A stretch of DNA of 64,000 nt from Kofleriaceae bacterium (GTDB lineage Bacteria; Myxococcota_A; Polyangia; Haliangiales; Haliangiaceae). The stretch spans positions 336,242-400,241 of the forward strand of contig DASTLB010000022.1 in assembly GCA_035715365.1 (NCBI GenBank). The letters run 5' to 3'. Below, in pieces: positions 25,781-35,800 of the stretch (position 1 is the stretch's first letter; each line of letters begins with the position of its first letter). The notes below the pieces were generated by a model. That model did not search any database. It was not told the DNA's origin and saw only the letters and a list, made by a program, of their open reading frames with translations. Both the position numbers and the translations under genes were made by a program.

Positions 25781-27217
25781 TCAGGGCGTCGCGGTCGACT
25801 TCGGCCCGACCGGCCGCGCGCGCATCGGCACGAGCTTGACGCCCCGGCACGCCGCGCGCTGGGTCGCCGGGCCATCGGACTGGATGTCGTCGAAGCCGTC
25901 TGGCTTGCCCTTGCACTCGACGCTCGTCGGGGTCTTCGGCGCCTGGTTGCCGCCGACCTCGACGCGCCGGATCACGTGCTGTGCGTTCTTCACCGAGACG
26001 ATCGCGCCGGCATCGCCGGTGACCTCGTTGTCGGTGACCGCAACGTCCTCGACATCGGCGAACACCGCGACGACGTTCACGATCGGCATCCCGCGGTCCG
26101 CACCGGTGTACGTGATCTTGTTGCGCCGCACGCTGACCCCGCCGACCGACGTCATGTTGACGACGATCGCCGGCGTCTCCTGACGGACGACGTTGTCCTC
26201 GAACGCGATGCCGTGCGGGACATGCTTCGCGAGGTGCGTCGCCGCGAGCACCGGGCCGGCCTCGGCGCCGGCGGGCCGCGTGATCGTGTTCTTCGCGATC
26301 CGGACGTTCGCCACGCGCCGCATGATGTTGATCGTCGGCGCCTTGTTGCGCGCGCCGTAGTCGATCGTGTTGCGCAGCAGCACGACGTCCTCGGCATCGA
26401 TCATCCGGATCCCGCCGCCCTCGATCTTCGAGTCGACGACCGTGATCCGGCGCGCCGGATACGGGCCATGGCCGCCGATCGTGATCGCGTCGGAGCCCTG
26501 CGCTGTCGGGTCGTGCTTCACGGTGACGCGGCTGATCACGACGTCCTCGATCGAGCCCTTGCCGGTCGGCTCGAAGTCGATGCCCTGATCGCCGGTGCGC
26601 TCGAACGTGTCGTTCGCGATCACGATCCGGCGCAGCGACCGCTGCAGCGAGATCCCCGAGCGATCGCAGTCGACGAACTTCGTGTTCACGATCGTGACGT
26701 CCTCGACCTCGCCACCGAGCTTGCCGAGGATGCGGATGCAGTCGCCGCCGATGCCCTTGCCGATCGGCTGTCCCGGCTTGCGCATCGGCCCGAGCGCCAT
26801 GTTCGCGATCGTGATGTCGCTCGACTCCGGCGCGATCTCGATCAGGTGCGTCTGCTCCTCGGTGTCGTACGCGTCGAGCCCGTCGATCTTGAAGTCGTGC
26901 AGGTACACGCCGCCGGTGCGCAGGATCCGGATCGCGCGCCAGTCGTCGTGGCCGCCCGAGCCGGTCATCCGCAGCACGGTCTCGGGTCCGGTGCCGTAGA
27001 TCTCGACCGGCCCCTTCGAGATCAACAGCGACGCGAACTCGCGCACCTTCTCGACGTGGAACACGCCCTTGCCGAGGCAGACCTTGCCGCCCTTCGCGGC
27101 GGCCGCATCGATCGCCTTCTGGATCGCGTCGGTGTCCGGCTTGCCGTCATTGGCGACGGCACCGTAGGTCGACGGGTCGATACAGCTGGCAGCGGCGGTC
27201 AGAAGCGCGAGCAGCAT
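25781..27217 (-). CDS. Secreted lipoprotein with a right-handed parallel beta-helix (pectate-lyase-superfamily / glycoside-hydrolase-28-like)
   Basis: Signal MLLALLTAAASC. DTDAIQKAIDAAAAKGGKV is the hallmark N-terminus of pectate_lyase_3/tailspike-like beta-helix proteins. Repeated short beta-strand-rich segments follow. Confidence 0.65.
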   Translation of the reverse strand: MLLALLTAAASCIDPSTYGAVANDGKPDTDAIQKAIDAAAAKGGKVCLGKGVFHVEKVREFASLLISKGPVEIYGTGPETVLRMTGSGGHDDWRAIRILRTGGVYLHDFKIDGLDAYDTEEQTHLIEIAPESSDITIANMALGPMRKPGQPIGKGIGGDCIRILGKLGGEVEDVTIVNTKFVDCDRSGISLQRSLRRIVIANDTFERTGDQGIDFEPTGKGSIEDVVISRVTVKHDPTAQGSDAITIGGHGPYPARRITVVDSKIEGGGIRMIDAEDVVLLRNTIDYGARNKAPTINIMRRVANVRIAKNTITRPAGAEAGPVLAATHLAKHVPHGIAFEDNVVRQETPAIVVNMTSVGGVSVRRNKITYTGADRGMPIVNVVAVFADVEDVAVTDNEVTGDAGAIVSVKNAQHVIRRVEVGGNQAPKTPTSVECKGKPDGFDDIQSDGPATQRAACRGVKLVPMRARPVGPKSTATP

Positions 27218-27282
27218 GGTGGTTAGTGGCCCGAACAGGGCTCGGGTTCAGCCGGGAAACGATAAAGATTTCGCAAGGACCG

Positions 27283-27669
27283 CTATTCCGCGGCGGTCAC
27301 GGCGACGACGACCTGGTCCATCGCGAGCCCGCACAGCCCACTCGCCCTCGCGCGCAGCGTCGCGGTCGGTGTCGTGACCGAGATCGCGTCGAACACCACG
27401 AGTCCCGCGCTGTCGGCTGCCGCCTCGTAGGTGTCGACGAGCCGCGCATCGGGCCCGAACACCTCGAGCTCGACGGTCTCTCCCTCGCGCAGCGAGGTCT
27501 GGACCTCGACGTCCGCCTGGACCCCCGCCGCGACCGGATCGACATCGCCCGTGATCTGCGAGGTCTCGATCGCGAGCGTCACCGGCCCCGTGCACTCGGG
27601 CACGTCCTCGCACGCGGCGGCGCACGACAGCACCACCACGATGGCTGCGAGCCCGGGTTTGCCCATCAT
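27283..27669 (-). CDS. Small putative lipoprotein (128 aa)
   Basis: Signal peptide with Cys-containing lipobox-like LSCAAAC. No other motif. Confidence 0.4.
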   Translation of the reverse strand: MMGKPGLAAIVVVLSCAAACEDVPECTGPVTLAIETSQITGDVDPVAAGVQADVEVQTSLREGETVELEVFGPDARLVDTYEAAADSAGLVVFDAISVTTPTATLRARASGLCGLAMDQVVVAVTAAE

Positions 27670-27687
27670 GCAAATCGTATCAACCCA

Positions 27688-28527
27688 TCACCGCGACAGG
27701 AAGTCCAGGACCGCCTTCGTGAACGTCGTCGGGTCCTGCCAGTGCGCGAAGTGGCTCGTGTCCTCGAACACGACGAGCTTCGCGTTCGGGATCAGCTGGG
27801 CCATCTCCTTGATGTGCGCCAGCTCGATCAGCTCGTCGTGCTCGCCGTCGGCGATCACCGTCGGCGCCTGGATCGAGCGCAGCTCGGCCTTCGTGTAGCC
27901 CTTCGAGCTCCGCCACAGCGGCAGCAGCGAGTCGACGACCTCGTCGTAGAGCGCGGCGTCGGCGGCGAGCTTCTTGTAGTCGGCGCGGCACTTCGCCATG
28001 TAGGCCGAGAACGTCGCGGTCGTGCCCTTGCGCGGCTTGCTGCCCGAGGCGTCGTAGTTCGCGGCGAACACGAACAGCTTCGTGACGCGGTCGGCGTGGT
28101 GGATGCCGAGGTCGAGCGCGACCTCGCCGCCGTCGGACCAGCCGACGATCGCGGCGCGCTCGAGCTGCAGCGCGTCCATCACCGCGACGACATCGTTCGC
28201 CATCGTCGGGTAGCTGACCTTCGTCTTCGCGTACGTGCTGCGGCCCTGGTTGCGGCTATCGATCACGATCACGCGATACTTCGCGGCGAGCTCGGGAACC
28301 TGGAACGCCCAGTGATCCGAGTTGCCGAGCCCGCCGTGCAGCAGGATCACCGGATCGCCCTTGCCGTAGCTGCCCCACCAGATCTTCGCGTCGCCGACGG
28401 TCACCGTGCCCGCGCTCGCCGGCTTCGGCATCGCGGGAGGCAACGGCAGCATCTGCCAGCGCGGCTTCGCGTGCGCGGTGCCGACCGGCAAGATGCCGAG
28501 GACCAGGCCGAGCACGAGCGCGCGCAT
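27688..28527 (-). CDS. Secreted alpha/beta-hydrolase-fold protein
   Basis: Signal peptide MRALVLGLVLGILPVGTAHA (start 28527; the track start 28647 has a junk extension). HGGLGNSDHW oxyanion region, nucleophile elbow GWSDGG, and a C-terminal His in SHFAHWQDP. Confidence 0.75.
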   Translation of the reverse strand: MRALVLGLVLGILPVGTAHAKPRWQMLPLPPAMPKPASAGTVTVGDAKIWWGSYGKGDPVILLHGGLGNSDHWAFQVPELAAKYRVIVIDSRNQGRSTYAKTKVSYPTMANDVVAVMDALQLERAAIVGWSDGGEVALDLGIHHADRVTKLFVFAANYDASGSKPRKGTTATFSAYMAKCRADYKKLAADAALYDEVVDSLLPLWRSSKGYTKAELRSIQAPTVIADGEHDELIELAHIKEMAQLIPNAKLVVFEDTSHFAHWQDPTTFTKAVLDFLSR

Positions 28528-28565
28528 CCTTCGATCATGCGGCAGACCGCGCGCGAAGGCGAGTC

Positions 28566-29855
28566 TCAGCTCGACTTCAGGACGAGCGCGATCTTGAACG
28601 CCGCGTCGGTCGGCTCGCCGTTCTGCTTCGGCTGCGGGAACCGCCACTTCGCCATCTGACCGGCGATGCAGCCATCGACGCCGGATGTCAGGCCGTGCGC
28701 GGACACCTCCGACGTCGCGCCCTGCTCGGTGACCGTGAACTCGATGTCGACGCGACCACCGAGCCCCGCATCGCCGGTCAGCCCGAGCCGGTAGCAGCGC
28801 TGCAGCCCCGCCATGTACGACTCGTTGATCCGGCGGATCACCATCTCGGCGGTCAGCGTCGAGTCCGGGGGACCGGGCGGATGCTTCGGCGGGACGAGCG
28901 TGATCCGGATCGGCGGCGCATCCTCGTGCTTCGGCGACACGTGCTCGCCGACCGGCGCGTCGATCGTCGGGCCGGGCGGGCCATTGCCGATCCGCGTCGG
29001 CAGCTCGCGCGTCGTGTGGCTCGGATCGCCGATCTCGAGGTTGCGCTCGCGAACGTCGCGGATCTGGCTGTCGAGCGCGGCGCCGGGGATCCGGTTACTG
29101 ATCTCGGGCTGGCCGTTCGGGCCCGACTCGTTGCCCGCCATCACGCGCGCCCACGCGGTCGGGTCCTCGTTCGACGGCATGCGGTCGTTGCGCACGCGTC
29201 CCGGGGTGCGGTTCGGCACGATCGGCGTCGCGGTCTGCGACGGAGCGACCGGCGCCGCGATGCCCGGTTCCGACGACGGCGCGGTCGGCGCATCCGGAAC
29301 GAGGTCACCGACGAACAGGTCGTACTTCGGCGGCTCGTACGCGGCGAGCGCCTCGGGGCTCGACGGATCGCGCTCGAGCTCGGTCATCCACGCCCAGGTC
29401 GCGATCCCGATGTGCGCGAGCAGCGACGCCGCGACGATCACCGCGAGCCGGCGGTCGACGCGATCGAGCAGCGAGCCGCGCACCGACGGCGGCAGCTGCG
29501 GGCGAGGCGCGGCGATCGGCGCGGCGATCTCCTGGAACAGCAGCGTCGCGCTGCCGAGCACGAGCTTGCCGCGCGCGCCGCGCTCGAGGACGATGTCACC
29601 GGCCGGCAGCTCGGTGCGGATCGTGCCCGCCTGGGCGAGCCGGCCGCTCGCGGATCTCGGCACGCGCAGGATCACGCGGCCTTGATCGGGGGCGAACAGC
29701 AGGTGCTCGTGAGGCACGCCGTCGACGGGGATCGACAGCTGACAGCGCAGCGACTGCCCGATCGAGACCGGGCTGTTCGCCGCGAACACACGCTCCTCGA
29801 CGAGGTTGTCGCCGAGGAGCACACCGACGCGGAGGGCTCGTGGAGAGGACGCCAT
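28566..29855 (-). CDS. Glt/Nfs-type motility-complex protein: cytoplasmic FHA-like domain, one TM, periplasmic Pro-rich linker, C-terminal TonB-C/AgmX-PglI-like domain (GltJ/GltG-like)
   Basis: ALRVGVLLGDNLVEERVF...VSIGQSLRCQLSIPVDGVPHEHLLF (FHA-like), TM VIVAASLLAHIGIATWAW, C-terminal INESYMAGLQRCY...VDIEFTVTEQG. Paralogous in architecture to 29952-31349. ATG 29855 preferred over the track's TTG 29900, which lies inside a terminator hairpin. Confidence 0.55.
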   Translation of the reverse strand: MASSPRALRVGVLLGDNLVEERVFAANSPVSIGQSLRCQLSIPVDGVPHEHLLFAPDQGRVILRVPRSASGRLAQAGTIRTELPAGDIVLERGARGKLVLGSATLLFQEIAAPIAAPRPQLPPSVRGSLLDRVDRRLAVIVAASLLAHIGIATWAWMTELERDPSSPEALAAYEPPKYDLFVGDLVPDAPTAPSSEPGIAAPVAPSQTATPIVPNRTPGRVRNDRMPSNEDPTAWARVMAGNESGPNGQPEISNRIPGAALDSQIRDVRERNLEIGDPSHTTRELPTRIGNGPPGPTIDAPVGEHVSPKHEDAPPIRITLVPPKHPPGPPDSTLTAEMVIRRINESYMAGLQRCYRLGLTGDAGLGGRVDIEFTVTEQGATSEVSAHGLTSGVDGCIAGQMAKWRFPQPKQNGEPTDAAFKIALVLKSS

Positions 29856-29898
29856 GGGTTGCAAACGCACGCCTCGGACGTCCGATCTGATTTCGGGC

Positions 29899-29931
29899 AA
29901 AAAAAGACCCGCGGGCCCAAGCGCGCGGGTC
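29899..29931 (-). terminator. Rho-independent terminator (8-bp GC stem, 10-nt loop, U7 tail) downstream of the GltG-like gene
   Basis: Minus strand reads GACCCGCG-cgcttgggcc-CGCGGGTC followed by TTTTTTT. Seen directly in the sequence. Confidence 0.7.
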
Positions 29932-29951
29932 GATGCGGGGTTAGGCCGCGC

Positions 29952-31349
29952 TCAGTCCGGAACCAGCTGCAGCGTGATCGCGAAGCTCGCCTCGGTCGCC
30001 TCGCCGTCCTTGTCCTTCGGGATCGGGAACCGCCAGCCGCCCATCTGCGCGCTGATGCAGTCGTCGACCTCGCCGGCGAAGCCGTTCGCCTTGCCGTTCA
30101 CCGTGCGGCCGGTCGCGTTGACCGTCAGCGACAGCGTGACCTTGCCGCGCGCGCTCGCGTCCTTGTTCAGGTAGTTCTTGTAGCAGCGCTTCAGGCCGGC
30201 CATGTAGGCGGTCTGGATCTTCGACAGCACGAGGTCCGGCGTCAGCGTCGACTCGTCGAACGACTGCTTGTCGCTCACCGAGATGCGACCCGAGGGGCCC
30301 TTCTCGACGGTCTTGCCGCCACCCGCGCTGTCGATGCCACCGGGGCCATCGATCTTCGGGCCGTTGCCGGTACCGACGCGCGCATCGCCGTCACCACGCG
30401 AGCCGCGGCCGGCGCCGCCACCGACGGCGACCGTCTTGTTGCCCTCGCGGACGTTGTTGATCTCGGTCTCGAGGTCGGCGCCCGGACGGCGGCTCGACAT
30501 GTCGCCGGCGTCGGTGCCGTTCGGGCCGTCGAACGCGAGCTTGTTCGCGAACGCCGCGGCGTCGTCCTCGGTCATCGCGACGTTGTCCTTGTCGCTGCGA
30601 CCACCGCTCTTGCCGGCGTCCTTCGTCGGCTTCTTGTCGTCGCCCTTGTTCTTCTGCTCCGCCGCACTGCCCGCTGCCGAGCCGCCATCGGCGACCGGCT
30701 CGGGCTCGGGCGTGATGTCGACCTGGTACTTCTCGGGCTCGAAGGTCTGCTCGTAGGCCTTCTCGGCCATGCCTTCCTTCTCGATGTCGCCCATCCACGC
30801 GACGATCACGACCGCGAAGTGCAGGATGATCGACGCGCCGAGGATCACGAACAGCCGCGGATCGAAGCGGTCCGCGAACGTGCCGCGCACCGACGCCGGC
30901 AGCATCGGCTTGGGCTGCCGCGGCGGCTCGGTGACGAACTGGAACAGGATCGTCAGGTCGCCGAGCGACAGCTTGCCGCGCGCGCTCTCGGACAGCGGCA
31001 CCTGCCAGTAGTCACCGTGGCTGTGCGCGCCCTTTGCCTTGAGCGCGTCGAGCGTGTTGACCTGGCCGCCGGAGTCGCTGAGCCGGCCGTCCATCTTGTT
31101 GAGGAACCGCAGCGAGTAGCGGCCCTCGTCGAGCGCGAACAGCGTGAACTCGAGCGGCAGCCCCTCGATCGGGATCGAGAAGGTGTTCTTCATCGACTGG
31201 CCGATCGAGACCGCGGTGCGCTCGCGGATCAGCCGCTCCTCGACGATCTTGCCGCCGAGCAGGATGCCGATGCGCAGGATGCGAGGACGCGGCCCGTTGC
31301 CACCGGGCTGCGGCTGCTGCGGAGGACGCGGTTTGTTCGGAGCCGCCAT
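29952..31349 (-). CDS. Glt/Nfs-type motility-complex protein (GltG/AgmX-PglI-like): FHA-like N-terminus, one TM, Gly/Asp/Lys-rich periplasmic linker, TonB-C-like C-terminus
   Basis: ILRIGILLGGKIVEERLI...VSIGQSMKNTFSIPIEGLPLEFTLF, TM LFVILGASIILHFAVVIVAW, C-terminal IQTAYMAGLKRCY...VTLSLTVNATG. ATG 31349 overlaps the upstream stop (ATGA). Confidence 0.55.
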   Translation of the reverse strand: MAAPNKPRPPQQPQPGGNGPRPRILRIGILLGGKIVEERLIRERTAVSIGQSMKNTFSIPIEGLPLEFTLFALDEGRYSLRFLNKMDGRLSDSGGQVNTLDALKAKGAHSHGDYWQVPLSESARGKLSLGDLTILFQFVTEPPRQPKPMLPASVRGTFADRFDPRLFVILGASIILHFAVVIVAWMGDIEKEGMAEKAYEQTFEPEKYQVDITPEPEPVADGGSAAGSAAEQKNKGDDKKPTKDAGKSGGRSDKDNVAMTEDDAAAFANKLAFDGPNGTDAGDMSSRRPGADLETEINNVREGNKTVAVGGGAGRGSRGDGDARVGTGNGPKIDGPGGIDSAGGGKTVEKGPSGRISVSDKQSFDESTLTPDLVLSKIQTAYMAGLKRCYKNYLNKDASARGKVTLSLTVNATGRTVNGKANGFAGEVDDCISAQMGGWRFPIPKDKDGEATEASFAITLQLVPD

Positions 31350-31669
31350 CAGAAGGGCTCTTTCTTCACGGTCGCGATGATGAGCGGCATGAAGTCCTGC
31401 TTCAGGCTCTCCCACTCGTACGTGATGTCTTTGGCCGTGAGCACGTAGACCACGCTCGGACGCGGAACCTTGCCGCACACCGAGACGACGGTGTCGATCA
31501 CGGTGACCGGCTTGCCGTTGACGTACTCGATGTGGAACTTGCCCTGCTTCTTCTCGCCGGTCTCGGCGGCGTCATCGGGGCAACCCTCGGCGCGCGCCTT
31601 CGCCGGCAGCGCCGTGACCAGCGTGGCCGCGGTCAGCGCGATCAGAGACAGAGGTCCGAGTGCTCGCAT
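31349..31669 (-). CDS. Small secreted protein (106 aa) in GltF/NfsF position
   Basis: Signal peptide MRALGPLSLIALTAATLVTALPAKA and a GGGAGA RBS. Position between TPR lipoprotein and GltG-like gene matches gltF/nfsF. Confidence 0.45.
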   Translation of the reverse strand: MRALGPLSLIALTAATLVTALPAKARAEGCPDDAAETGEKKQGKFHIEYVNGKPVTVIDTVVSVCGKVPRPSVVYVLTAKDITYEWESLKQDFMPLIIATVKKEPF

Positions 31670-31688
31670 GGGGTCTCCCTAGTATGAC

Positions 31689-32816
31689 TCAGGGGTTCTT
31701 CGGTGCAGGCGTCTTCGCGTTCGTCTTGCTGTTCTTCTTCTGTTTCTTCTGTTCGCGCTTGATCGCCTTGTCGACATCCTTCATGCGCTGGTCGTACAGC
31801 TTGATGTCCACGCCCGGCATGTTCTTGTACTGATCGAAGTACGACTTCGCGGCGTTCAGGCGCTGCAGCTCGTCGGTGATGCCCGGATACGGCGACGTAT
31901 CGAGGTAGAGCAGGCCGAGGTTGTAGTAGGCCGGCCCATAGTTCGGGTTCGCTGCGAGTGCGCGCTTGTAGGCAGCCTCGGCGGTGCGCACGAACTGATC
32001 GCGCTCGGCCGCGCCCTGCGGATACTCCGCCGACCGGCCGCGATACGACGAGCCGAGCGACGTGAGCGTGATCGCATCGTTGCGGCCGAACTCCTTCGTC
32101 AGCCGCTCGAACGTCTGCTGCGCCTCGGCGTACTGGCTGTTCTTCAGCTGGTGGACGCCGAGGTTGACGAGCGCGCTCGCGTGCTTGCCGTCGAGCTCGA
32201 CCGCCTTCTGGTAGGCGACGCGCGCCTTCTCCGGGCGGTTCGTCTTGTCGTAGACGAGGCCGTAGACGTAGTAGACGTTCGCGTTCTGCTTCGCCGCCTC
32301 GCGCCGGAACAGATCGTCGAGCACGAGCTCGGCCGTGTCGTAGAGCTTCTTGTGGTAGTACGCGAACGCGACGTACGAAGCAGCTTCGATGTTCGCGGCG
32401 TCGATCGCGAGCGCGGCGCGCGCCTCGCGCAGCGCGGTGTCGGCATCCGGGTTCGCCTGCGACAGCGCGTTCTTCGCGATCACCAGGTGCGCGTCGACCT
32501 GGGTCTTCGCCTGCGCCGGATCGGGATCGAGGTTCGGCGGCACGACCGGCGGGCCGTCACTCGAGCCCGCGCCCGTGCCCCCGGTATCGCCGGTGCCGCC
32601 GGTGCCGCCCGGACCGCCGGGACCGCCGGCACTGCCGGTGCCCGGACCGCCCGGCTCGCCCTTGTCGTTCATCGACTGCGAGTCACCCGAGCCGGTCTTG
32701 TTCGTGTCCGGAGTCGTCTTGCCCTTCTTGCCACCGCCGCACGCAACGAGCGCGAGGCCGAGCAGGAGGGCGGCGAACCGGGACGACATATAGATCGATA
32801 CGCGCGACGCGGTCAT
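31689..32816 (-). CDS. TPR-repeat lipoprotein (GltE/AglT- or NfsE-like)
   Basis: Lipobox LLLGLALVAC|GG after ATG 32816 with a strong GAGGAGA RBS. Gly-rich linker, then TPR-like repeats (AYYNLGLLYLD...). Confidence 0.55.
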   Translation of the reverse strand: MTASRVSIYMSSRFAALLLGLALVACGGGKKGKTTPDTNKTGSGDSQSMNDKGEPGGPGTGSAGGPGGPGGTGGTGDTGGTGAGSSDGPPVVPPNLDPDPAQAKTQVDAHLVIAKNALSQANPDADTALREARAALAIDAANIEAASYVAFAYYHKKLYDTAELVLDDLFRREAAKQNANVYYVYGLVYDKTNRPEKARVAYQKAVELDGKHASALVNLGVHQLKNSQYAEAQQTFERLTKEFGRNDAITLTSLGSSYRGRSAEYPQGAAERDQFVRTAEAAYKRALAANPNYGPAYYNLGLLYLDTSPYPGITDELQRLNAAKSYFDQYKNMPGVDIKLYDQRMKDVDKAIKREQKKQKKNSKTNAKTPAPKNP

Positions 32817-32827
32817 CGGGTCTCCTC

Positions 32828-35800
32828 TCACGGGGCCTCGGTGCCCTGGACGATCTCCTGGCGCAGCACCGTGAATTCCTGCGGGAACTCGCGTCCGAGA
32901 TTCTCCTGCGCGAGCCGGCTCCACTTGTTCGAGATGCCACCCTTCTTGGCCGCGTCGAGCACCGCGATCCACTGCGCCTTCGCCTCGTCGAGGTACTTCT
33001 TGACGTTCGCGTCGAGCTGGGCCTGGTACTTCTCGAGGATCTCCGGGTTCGAGGCGTTCGCGACCGGCGTCGGGATCGGCGCGTTCGCGAGCTTCGTCGC
33101 GTACGAGTACTGGATCTCGGCGTAGCGGACCTTCGCCGCCATCGACATCTCGGCGACGCCGTACTGATCGAGCTTGAGGTACTGGTCCTCGGCCTTCGTC
33201 TTCTCGGCCTGCAGCGCCTTACCCTGGGCCTCGGCTTCCTTGATGTTCTTCGCCGCCTTCTTGATCTCGTACGGCTCCCACTTGCTCGCGTAGTAGTCCT
33301 CGGCGAACGAGAGCTCCCACTCACCGGCCAGCTTCGCGCCGGCGCTGCCCTTCGTCGCGCCGAGCCGCTTCCACTCCTTGATCGTGTCCTCGCCCGCCTT
33401 CTTCGCGGCGACGGTCTGGCCCTTCTTCTTGCGCAGCGCCGCGGCGTCGTAATAGGTCTGCACCGAGAAGTCGGCGTTCTCGGGCGAGTCCTTCGCGTAG
33501 CGCGCGCGCCACTTCGCGTACGTCTCCTCCATCGAGTTGACGTCGCCGGACTGCCGGTAGATGCCGCCGATCGACTTCAGCGCGCGATCGAGCTTGGTGC
33601 GATCCTTCTCCTCGTTGCCGTACTGCTTGTAGAGGTCGATCGCCTTCTTGAAGTCGCGGTTGAGCTCGGACGCGAGCGCGGCGTTGTACAGCGCGTCGAG
33701 TCCGATCTGATCGAGCGTACGCGGCTGCTCGCCCGGCAGCGGCTCGGGCGGCTTGATCTTGAGCTGCTTCGCCTTCTTCACCGTGGCGTGCAGATCGAGG
33801 TACGTGCGAACCGCGTTGTTGTAGTCGAACGCGGCCTGGTACGTCGATGCCTGCAGCCGGAGCGCGTCGAGGTAGTACGGGCTCTCGCGGAAGTTCTTCG
33901 CCGGGTTCGCGGCGAACTCCTTGAACAGCGAGATGGCCGTCTTCGGACGATCCGCGAGCTTGTAGCTGACCGCGGCGTTGTAGAGCGCGACCGGCAGATC
34001 CGGATCGGTCGGCGGCGCGGTCTTGTAGAACCGGTAGAACGCCTCGGCCGCCTGCGTGTACTGCTTCTCGGCGTACAGCGCATTCGCGCGCGAGAAGTTC
34101 AGCGACCGGTTCTGCGCGATCGCCGCGTCGAGCGTCGCCTTGTCACCGCACTTCGCGTTGATGAAGCGCTTGTTCGTGGCCTCGATCGCGTCGAAGTTCG
34201 ACTGCGCCTCGTAGATCGCGAGGATGCCGTCCTTCGCCTTCGCGGCGTACGCCTGGCCGCAGAACTTGTCCATCACCTTCGTGAACCGCGCGATCGCGTC
34301 GTCGATGTGGAAGTACGCGAGGCTGATCAGCGCCGCGTTCGTGCCCTGCTGCGGTGCCGCGGCCGGATCGTTGACGACGTTCTGGTAGTTGTCGTACTCG
34401 GCCTGCAGCTTGAGGTAGATGTCCGGGATCGGCTGCGGCTGCCACGGCTGCGGCAGCGCCTTGAGCTCGGCGCTCGTCGGGATCTTGAGCGGCTGGAGCT
34501 TGCCCTCGGCGACGAGCTTCTGCGCCTCGGCCTCGTACGACTGCACGATCGAGCGCGCGGCGTCGATGTAGAACGCGGTGCCGAGATCGCGGTGATCGCG
34601 AACCCACGTGTACGCGACGATCGCCTCGGGGTAGCGCTCGCTCCAGTACAGCGCCTCGCCCTGGTTGTACGTGAACTCGTACGTGTAATCGGACTCCGGG
34701 TACGTGTTGACGAACTGGCGGTACAGATCGACCGCCTTCGCGTACATCGCGAGGTACTCCTGCTTCGCGGCGGGGTCCTTGCTCTTCGCCGCCTCGTAGT
34801 CCTTACGCATCTGGGTTGCAGCTGCATGCGTGTTGCGGGCAGCCGCGTACAGCGCGCGCTCGGCGATCCGGCGCTGGTTGTCCATCGCGACGCGGTCGTG
34901 CTCGTTCGCCTGGCACCACGCCGTGCCCGGGCACGCGTACTTGGTCGCGAGCTCGGCGGCCGCGTTGTCCGCGGCGTACTTGTCGCCCTTGAGCTCGAAG
35001 ACGTTGACGATCTCCTGGTGGACGACCGGGTTGTTCGGGTGGAGCTCCCACGGTGGGCCGATCGCGATCCGGTACGCGTCGACCGCCTGGTCCCACGCCT
35101 GGAGCTCGGCGAACGCCTTGCCCATCGCGACCCAGACGTCGCGCACGTGCGGCTCGTTCTCGCGTCCCTTGTAGAACGCTTTGGCGCGCTCCATCGCCTT
35201 GACCGGGTTCGTGTCGGTCTCGCCCTCCCACGGATCGGTCATCGCGACCGAGATGTACTGGATCGACTCGTCGCGCAGCTCCAGCGCCGGGATGCCGCCC
35301 TGGGCGACGATCTGATCGTAGAGCTTGACGCTCTGATCGAAGCGCTTGATCGAGTCCTCGAGCTTGTCGCGCTTGTAGTAGCTCCACGCGAGCTTGTAGA
35401 GCGACTCGGCATAGAGCTTCGAGTCCTGGCCACCCTCGGCGACCTTGAGGTACGCCGCGATCGCCTCGTCGAGCTCGCCCGGGACCGTGAAGTGATAGTC
35501 GGCGATGCCGCGCACCCACGCGTGGCGGATCAGCTCGACCTCGCTGTTCGGGTACGGCTGGCAGGTCGCGTACGGATCGCGGAGCTGCTTGCGCTCGACG
35601 CGCTTGAGCGCCTCCTCGCGCGTCGGCGGCTTCGGCGGCGCGCCGTTCCACTTGTACTGGTTCGCGCACGCGAGCGCGAGGAACACCTGGAGCGACTTGC
35701 GCTCGTCCTTCGTCTTGCCGTAGTAGGCGAGCAGGTAGAGCGTCGACGGCGTCTGCCGGTAGTTCGGGAACTTCGTCAGGATCTGTTCCCACAGCGCGAG

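Noticed and set aside
29856-29898. TTTGCA/GG element resembling a sigma54 promoter just upstream of the GltJ-like gene
   Set aside because: The GG-to-TTGCA spacing is one nucleotide short of the strict sigma54 spacing, and the -12 element would lie only 4 nt from the start codon.
29900-29900. Track start (TTG) for the GltJ-like ORF at 29900
   Set aside because: It lies inside the stem/U-tract of the terminator at 29899-29931. The in-frame ATG at 29855 gives an N-terminus (MASSPRALRVGVLLG...) that aligns with the paralog's ...RILRIGILLG... start.
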